From: Octopus sinensis
Taxonomy: Eukaryota
Direction of reading: 5' to 3'
Length of the DNA stretch: 64,000 bases
NCBI RefSeq assembly: GCF_006345805.1
Contig: NC_042998.1
Coordinates: 143,592,001-143,656,000, forward strand
Of this stretch, positions 56,440 through 64,000 are shown one piece after another. Position numbers and translations under genes: made by a program. The notes beneath the pieces are model-generated. The model did no database searches. It was not told the DNA's origin and saw nothing but the letters and a program-made list of their open reading frames with translations. Each line of letters starts with the position of its first letter. The stretch's first letter is position 1.

Positions 56440-56580
56440 GTGTACTGCATGTCGGTTGACGAAATGATCGTAGAGCAACATGAAATGTAGTTCTTTGGTC
56501 AATGCCCGGTCTAGAAATCAAACCCACGATCTCGCAATCGTGAGTGCAGCACTCTAACCAGTAAGCCATGCGCCTCCACA
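56440..56580 (-). mobile_element. tRNA-derived SINE head
   Basis: Minus strand ggcgcatggcttactggttagagtgctgcactcacgatt...gtgggtttgatttc. Confidence 0.75.
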
Positions 56581-57035
56581 TATACATACATGCATACATA
56601 CATACATTACTACATACATACACACGTACGTGTGTGCACGCCCGTGTGTGTGTTTATGTATGTATGTATGTATGTATGTATGTATGTATGTATGTATGTA
56701 TGTATGTATGTATGTATGTATGTATGTATGTATGGAGTATTTTCAATACCCAGAAACAACAGAACACAGTTAAGGCAATTCTTTTTAAATGAAATCATGT
56801 CTCAGTCACAGCTGTCTTTTTTTCCTTTCTGTCGTCTAACATTGACCTTCATATCAACATACGCACACACAGATACAAACACACGCTCACATACAAACAA
56901 TAACATACAAGTACACACTCACACACATTCACACACATGTATATATATAAATATATATATACATATGTACATGTACATATATAAGCATCTATATATGTAC
57001 ACGTATATTTATATATGTATTTATACATACATAAA

Positions 57036-57066
<31 letters not shown>

Positions 57067-57619
57067 TTGCAGCTCCTACATTATTCCTTTTATCTGTCTA
57101 GTCAGATATTAATTTCTTTGGCAGGCACAACCACAACGAAAACTTTTGTATTAGAAAGTGTTTAATCGACCAAATCGAAGACACCGTATTCATTAACGCT
57201 CTTTTATAGTCTTTGCGCCATTTTGGATACGTAAAACAAAGCGCATAGCTTGGACAAATCTAAATATTGCAAGTCATTTTGTTCAGCATTCGCTTTCGTA
57301 TCTAACAAATCGGTGAATATCATAGTATAAATACTCCAGAATAATATTTCTTCGTCGGTTTCGACGATAAAGAATCAATTTACTGAATTACCTACTCTTG
57401 AATTACCGGTGTAAGTAGCTGAGTATTCCGTAAGCCTCATATAGAATCAGTGTAACACGGTGTCTGATCAGCCTGTACCTTTTGAATTACTATCATAATC
57501 CATCTGACCATCTTCTATACAGTTTCCGCCTACCCAATTTCACTTATAAGGTGTCCAAGATACCACATGATAGGATTGAGCCCGTAGCCTGCTGCTCCTA
57601 CATGATACCCCAAGGGTTC

Positions 57620-58440
57620 GACTGAAACACCAGATGAAGAAAATACAAGAGAAAAATGTATGTTAAAAAAAGATTATTTTCGCAAGCTTTCTGTTTTGAA
57701 CACACAAAGCTCATTGAGAAGTTTCTCCTAGGTAAAATATTTCAGCTAGTGCCGTTTGTATACGTATTATAAGTGGTAATAAACACACTGGTATTGCAAC
57801 CTAAGGCTGTTTTAAGTGTGGGTGGGTGGGGGGTGCGTGGGGTGCACGCGCGTGTGTGTTAATTTAATTCTAGTTTAGCTAGATTTCTATATCGGAACGA
57901 ACATTTTCGTCTTAGCTTCTAACGTCTAAGGTATTCATCACAAGTCGAAACATCCTATCTAGAGTTTCACCGGTATTCTGAACCAAGCATCGTGATTTTA
58001 ACATACAAGTCTCTAAAGTATTTCTCTGAGATAAAATATCACTGCCATAGTCGTTCTATGCTTGTATGCATATTATAAATGTTATACACACTGGTGTTTT
58101 AATCTAAGGCTATTTCAAGCGCATATATTAATATAAGTATAGTCTGACTAGCTTTCGTAGAAATCAGTATATGTTTTGTTCACTGATTTCTCTATCAGAA
58201 CAAATATTTTTCAGCTTAGCTCAACACGTTCGCGGTTTTCATTACTGAGGAGACCGAAACAAGTCGAAACACTGTGTCTGGCGAGCCACCAGTATCCTGA
58301 ACAGAATCCTCAGGTTTTAATAAATGTGTTTGAGATAAAATATCACAGTTAGTGCCGTTCAATATTTGTATATACATACTATATTTTATATACAGCGGTA
58401 TTTTAAGCTAAGGTTATTTCAAGAGCATATATTAATTACT
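57620..58440 (+). repeat. ~300-bp tandem repeat (about 2.7 diverged copies) carrying a hammerhead; retrozyme-like
   Basis: Anchor (g)ataaaatatca at ~57731, 58030 and 58334; acacactggt..ctaaggcta.ttcaag and caagtcgaaaca blocks recur with the same period. Confidence 0.75.
58242..58281 (+). ncRNA. Type I hammerhead ribozyme (canonical core)
   Basis: UUA-CUGAGGA-GAC-CGAAACAA-GUC-GAAA-CA-CUG-UG-UC-UGG; GUC site after 58278. Confidence 0.7.
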
Positions 58441-59116
58441 ATCATTTTGAAATTTGAAGGTTTTATCCCATTAGTCAGACTAGTATTGCTGTTTTTTTTT
58501 TTTTTTTTTTTTTTGTTTTTTGTTATTCCAAGTTGAGTCTTACAGGTTCTTCATATATATTCAGAATCCTAAGTGCTTATCAATTCCTGTAGCCAATAAC
58601 GTGTCAATATCGAAGAGTTGGATCAATTCAGTTGCATTAAGAATTATTATGAATTCTTCTGTCTAATAATTGTCCCCTACACAGACCCCAGGAGCCGTTT
58701 CTCCACATTCCAGATATCGTTCAATCTTGTTTATCATTTAAATCCCTTTATTTTTAGGGTGGAAACCGATATAATTTCTTCTTAGTGTTTCCCTATCCTT
58801 ATCGTTTCCTAAAGTTACTTTCTGAATCCACTTGTCTTGTATTTGTTTTATATTTGTAATTATAAGACGTGGTGTGTCCTTCCAGCCAGTTACTCTAAGG
58901 GAAATATAATTATTTCCAAAAATATCTTGGCGGGATTAGAAGTTTAAATTTTAAATCGAAGACCAATTTAATACCTTACTCATTTTTAAAATAGCCAATT
59001 TTAAAATTTCTTGTCATAGGTAAACTATTTATTCCAATGTGCTGTTCTTCAGCAAAGATTTTTCGATGTCTTCTAAAAGCTCATTATATTTGAGCTGCTC
59101 TTTTCTTAAGACAAGG

Positions 59117-59311
59117 AACTGGCAGAATCATTAGAGCGTCGGATAATTTTTTTAAAAAAATCCAACCTTTTAGCATTTTCTCCCTCAACTTTACGTTCTG
59201 AGTTCAAATCCCATCGAGGTTAATTTTTCCTTTCTGAGTTCGATAGAATACAATGATAGTCAAGAACTGGAGTCGATAGAAAAGATTGATACTTTCCCCT
59301 CAAAATTGCTG
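59117..59311 (+). mobile_element. SINE (third family), degenerate
   Basis: ctggcagaatcattagagcgtcgg...ttacgttctgagttcaaatcc...ccctcaaaattgctg. Confidence 0.7.
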
Positions 59312-60699
59312 TTTAAATTAGGAAGCATTATTTCTGATTTTTGCTCAGATTTCTTGTATTAACTCCATAAAATTCTTGTTTACATTTTATTCCTGAATTC
59401 TCTGAATATCTTCTTCCATTTTTTTTCTGTTATTTTAATCTCCAAATATCCTGAAATACTTCCTAAAATAAGCTTAGTTTTGTTTAGCTTACTACAATGT
59501 GTTGTTGATGTCGTTAGTTTTAGGTGAAGATCTTTCGCCTTTGACATAATATGTAAAAATAAATATCTTGCGTCACAAGACAGGTATTATTTCTACATTA
59601 ACTATTTAGTTTCGTATCTTGAAGCTGTATTTTTTCTTTCCTCCTTCCTTTCCAGTATCCTATTTTAATTTAAAATATTTCATAAAATTTACTTTTTACA
59701 ATGATTTTTAGAGGAAAATCTATATATTTCCTGTTTTTCTTTGCGTGATATGCTTTTCTTCGTTGCGTGAGCTGTTCATGTAATGCAACGAATACACTCC
59801 GAATCATTATATTGCTTGTTACTCCAGGGAAATCAGAACAGATTTTAGTACAGTTTGTTGTTTTATATTCATTACAGTAGACTTGTGTAGACTTGCAGTA
59901 ACATTTATTTGCTTGCTTCTCGTGTTCTCGTCATTTTCTCACGCACTCAGTTACATAAGAGAATATTTGAAAAATAATGTTTTATATTTTTTAATCATAT
60001 TTTCGACTGAGATTTTTGTTATTAAATATCTGCAAGGAACAACAACGAGTAGTAGTAAGCTTCGTTTCATTTTAATTCTTCATGTTTGTTTTTATAATTG
60101 TTCAATTACTTAATTACTTGTCTCTGTATAAAATACATGTAATGCCTGTAGAGGTAGTTCATTAGTCTACCTTCTTTTTTGTTCTGTCCAACTCCATGGC
60201 AATTAACATTGAGAACTAAGCTTTCTTTTTAGCCGAGGTGACTGAGTACCGAGTGATTGATAGCTTACATATAAATTTTATAAATTTACCATTTCCATTC
60301 AAATAATGTTAGTTGCAAATATTCGTGTCAAACGATGCTGTGTTACTGTTAGTGTTATCCTTGATGAGTATAGTTTATGCGGATTATAACAACTTAGCAG
60401 GGTTTACAGTCGGTGATTTGATCAGTTTTATCTCTACAGCTCATTAACGTTGAGTGTAACAAAAGGTACGATGTTATATATTCTCACATAGAAGTAAGGA
60501 GTACCGTACATCCAGCCATCACTCGTTAGAGAATCTAGGTTGGTAAAATACTTTCGGCAATGGTCAGAGGTACCTATGATTTTGTCTGTAGACCTAGATA
60601 CCCAATATACCATTTCATCCCTCCCACATTTGACTCAGTGGAACATCAAGGATGTTACAGTAGGAGGGAGAGAGAGCTGAACCACCATCAGTATCCGGC

Positions 60700-61125
60700 T
60701 AGTTTTCATTACTGCTGGGTGAATTGATTGGACCAACGTGAAATGGAGTGCCTTGCTCAAGAATGAAATAGACTGCCCGGTCCAGGAATTGGACCACATC
60801 CTATCGCTAGATTATGCTCTGCAAGGGCCGATCACATCTTAATCACAAGGCCATGCGTCTACAAGAGCCGACCACATCCCAACCACCAGTCCACGGTCCT
60901 ACAAGAGCCGAGCACACCCTAATCGCTAGGCCATGCCCTACAAGAGACTGTGCGACTGCAAGAGAGCCAACCACACTCTAATCACGAGGCCATACACGCT
61001 GCAAGAGCCGACCACCACCCACTAAGTCACTAGGCCACGTGCCTGCAAGAGCCAGTCACACTCTAATCACTAAGCCACGACCCTGAAGAGCCGACCACTT
61101 CATATTTCACTAGACTACGCGCTTT
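60700..61125 (-). mobile_element. tRNA-SINE whose 5' (A-box) half is tandemly amplified about 8 times (~40-bp unit)
   Basis: Units caagagccgaccacactctaatcactaggccacg.cctg; the reverse complement resembles the SINE head ggcgcatggcctagtggttagag; single B-box remnant and body at 60700-60800. Confidence 0.65.
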
Positions 61126-61467
61126 CGCACTCTCGCACGATAAAATATTAAGAAGATATGCAGCTGTTTCTAAACAGAATTTATTGGTGAAGAAACTTTT
61201 GTAGAGTAGGAAATTATTAAACTGGATGCGGGAATACAAATGCAGTTAGACGATAACCTATGATGACCCACAGGACGCAGAACGCTTACTGTGCAGAAAT
61301 ATGTTATGCTAATTATATGAGTGGATCAAGGAGACAGAATGACTGAATTGTTAGAATGATCAACAAAATACGTTCAGTATTTGTTATAACTCATTATATT
61401 TTAAGTTTAAATCCCACCCACATCGTCTTTGCCTTTTCCTCCATCACTGGATAAAATTATTGCTCCA

Positions 61468-61743
61468 AATTTTGACACAAGACCAGTCATTTTAAGGAGA
61501 GGAGGATAATCGATTACACTGACACATTACATTACATTATATAATCATCAGAAGTTACAGGGTGACTCAAGTGCCGAGAGTTTCGCGATAAGTGCCAATG
61601 CACGTAACTCTCGTTCTTCTATAACTTCTAAATTCTTGCCAATCCGAAAGGACGAAAGGCAAAGTCGACCTTGGCGGAATTTGAAACGAAAACGTAAATA
61701 CAGAAACAATACCGCTAAGTGTGCTAACGAATCTGCCAGCTCA
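61468..61743 (-). mobile_element. SINE (third family) interrupted by a structured insertion
   Basis: aaaggcaaagtcgaccttggcggaatttgaa...gctaacgaatctgccagc; insertion at ~61522-61640. Confidence 0.7.
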
Positions 61744-61751
61744 TTGCGTTC

Positions 61752-61830
<79 letters not shown>

Positions 61831-62259
61831 GTCCATTAAAGTGCTAACGGTAAATTTCTGTGCTGTAAACAATCTGTGACGTAGGCGATAGGAGATGGTA
61901 AAAGTGCGTGTGCGATAAAGTCAGACCGACAGACAGCTATGTGCATGCATACACACACACGCCCACATGTTCACACAAATACGAAATGCTGGGAGCGCGC
62001 AAACACACCAACATACACCGACGACAATTAACTGTGTGTATGTAGGTGTGAAGGAGAGTGGAGTTAGGCGTATATGTGCGTACGCCATTAGCGTTGATGT
62101 GCTTGGGAACTAAAAGAAGCCTTACCTTTACGGAAAATATTGTTTATCCTCGAGCTGTGAATGAGTGAAATATTCTATTTCAGTTGTATCAGTCATTTGT
62201 TAGGTTTATTCTGTTCATTTTGTTCTGTTGTTTTATATAATCAGGTATTGCATATATGA

Positions 62260-62323
<64 letters not shown>

Positions 62324-62384
62324 GGGAGGGAGATAAACTTACTTGGAGATGGATGCATGGTGTTCAATCATATAGTAATATAAA

Positions 62385-62723
62385 CTAGCTGGACCCGTGA
62401 AAAATTCACGGAAAACAAAAAATATAAGCATCTGTAAACAGTGTACTGGTGCCATGAGAAATGTTTGCATATTATGACCGTCTGTCTTTACGTTCTGAGT
62501 TCAAATTCTGCCGAGTTCAAATTCTGCCGAGTGGTTTAGAAACCGGGGAATGTACCTCATGAAACACGTGTAGCCAAGTTATAAAACAGTAGGTATTTAA
62601 AATAAAAATTATTTTTTATGGGGTGATGAAGGGGCCTACTATCTCTAAATTAAAATATATTTCTTCATTGAGAATAATTTGAAACTCTGTTATGCCGGAA
62701 TTTTTTATTCCCTAACAAATAAA

Positions 62724-62760
<37 letters not shown>
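62385..62760 (-). mobile_element. Short non-autonomous Helitron (3' end supported, 5' end inferred)
   Basis: Minus-strand hairpin ccgtgaa-ttt-ttcacgg followed by CTAG and T; the opposite end runs into tttatatata.. Confidence 0.6.
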
Positions 62761-62761
<1 letters not shown>

Positions 62762-64000
62762 TAGCAGAATTGCCCGGCGTTGCTCGGGGCTGAATTGCTT
62801 GAAAGTACTGTTAATGATTGCACTGAATTATGATGATTATTCAGGCAAATATTGATATAAGTTCACGGCGAATGAATGTATTTGTAAGTGTATAGAAAGC
62901 CGTGTAAAGGTGTTCCTACCCCCTCGTAGAATGGTGTAAGAATTGAATGTGAGGTTGCCTTGAAAAGAGCCATGTTATTGTTCTCATAATTGTAAGAATT
63001 TGATAGTCGTGGAAGGCGTTTTGCACGAACGGCAGCGGATGTGCTGTTACAAAACTTGATGCTGTGTTAAAAGAGAGTGGATTTCATATGTAGGCAAGAG
63101 AGGAATGAAGCATGGGTAAGTAAATATGTGTAATTTATAAAATATAGAACAATAGCATCTACTCACCATATGTCAGACCGGCAAGACTGTAGTGGTGCTG
63201 ATTAGGTGAATCACAATACAGTGGTGGAGATGTTTTCATTGATGGGCGTTTTGATTAAATTTGTTGTTGTATAAAATGATCTGTTGATTAGTTTCGAAAG
63301 TGTATGTTGCGATCGTGTTGTCGCTCATGTAAACTTTAACAATGAGAGTGTAGATGTAGGGGGTAGATGTGTCATGTACGTTGGATATAGAAGATGAGGC
63401 TGGTGGTTTGATGATGAATGGATAGAAATAGAGTTGAGCGAAAGACAGGTGTTGGTTAAGTGTGAATTAATGTTATGAAACGCCTAGAAATGTAAATGCC
63501 GTCATAAAAGAGAGTCGTATGTAAGTGAAATACTAACGTGTTTGAAAATGATGAAACGTAGTAATCCTATAGAACCTCCTTGTACACAATGTTTTTTGTT
63601 TTTCGTTGTGGAAGGAATGCGAAAGCATCACTGTTGCTGCCGACACGAGAGCAGCCAACATAAAGCTGACCATGAGAGAAACATGGCTCTCCCAAATGTA
63701 TTCCTGCCACAGACAGTGTTTGACCCTGCGCTTTGTTAATTGACATTGCGAAACATGGCCTTACTGGGAACTGGGACCTCCGAAATATGAAAGGTAGGTC
63801 TGCTCCTGATGGGAAAAGATGCATCCTAGGTATGAGCACAACGTTGCCTCGACCGCACCCTGTGATAATGGTGGCCTCAATCAGATTGGGAGATAAGGAC
63901 TTAACGATCAAACGTGTGCCATTACATTGTTTTGGGGGAACCAAATTTCTAATGAGCATTATAGGGGCACCAACTTTAAGTTTGAGAATGTGTGGTGGTA
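62761..64000 (-). mobile_element. Helitron 3' portion
   Basis: Subterminal hairpin gcccggcgttgctcggggc (62772-62790), terminal CTAG followed by T, helicase ORF upstream. Confidence 0.9.
63567..64000 (-). CDS. Helitron RepHel, PIF1-family helicase C-terminus (partial; continues beyond the window)
   Basis: PPHILKLKVGAPIMLIRNL..CNGTRL..FAMSINKAQGQTL..HGQLYVGCSRV..KNIVYKEVL*; no stop in the visible 144 codons. Confidence 0.9.
   Translation of the reverse strand, partial: PPHILKLKVGAPIMLIRNLVPPKQCNGTRLIVKSLSPNLIEATIITGCGRGNVVLIPRMHLFPSGADLPFIFRRSQFPVRPCFAMSINKAQGQTLSVAGIHLGEPCFSHGQLYVGCSRVGSNSDAFAFLPQRKTKNIVYKEVL

Noticed and set aside
60440-60465. 26-nt micro-exon (tttatctctacag| ... |gtacga)
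   Set aside because: Splice-like signals alone are expected by chance in 64 kb; there are no partner exons or recognisable peptide.
60792-61123. CRISPR-like periodic array
   Set aside because: Whole units are homologous to each other with no unique spacers, they derive from a SINE head, and the context is eukaryotic with no cas genes.
61530-61600. Type II hammerhead on the minus strand (GAAA, ACUC/GAGU, GUC, CUGAUGA)
   Set aside because: Stems I and II do not pair; kept only as a structured insertion.

Overview
Repeat-dense eukaryotic non-coding window. The SINE families, microsatellite load and LINE types point to an octopod cephalopod such as Octopus (inference). No host protein-coding gene, rRNA, true tRNA or CRISPR can be supported, and most ORFs in the supplied track are translations of microsatellites. 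Contents: many tRNA-derived SINE copies; five R4/Dong-type LINE fragments, four of them abutting (AAT)n; L1/Tx1-type and CR1-type LINE fragments; seven decayed Tc1/mariner elements; a FLYWCH-MULE element; two hAT-like MITEs; two tandem Helitron 3' ends, one with a PIF1-like helicase ORF running off the window; and a 100-N gap. The most interesting signal is a set of unrelated short repeats carrying hammerhead-ribozyme cores (CUGANGA...GAAA...NUH). These include a ~300-bp tandem repeat with one intact type I hammerhead (retrozyme-like), a 485-bp-period direct repeat with two hammerheads and an inverted arm (Penelope pLTR-like), and a fold-back element joining a tRNA-like SINE head to a hammerhead tail. 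All alignments and folds were done by eye, and boundaries of decayed elements are approximate.
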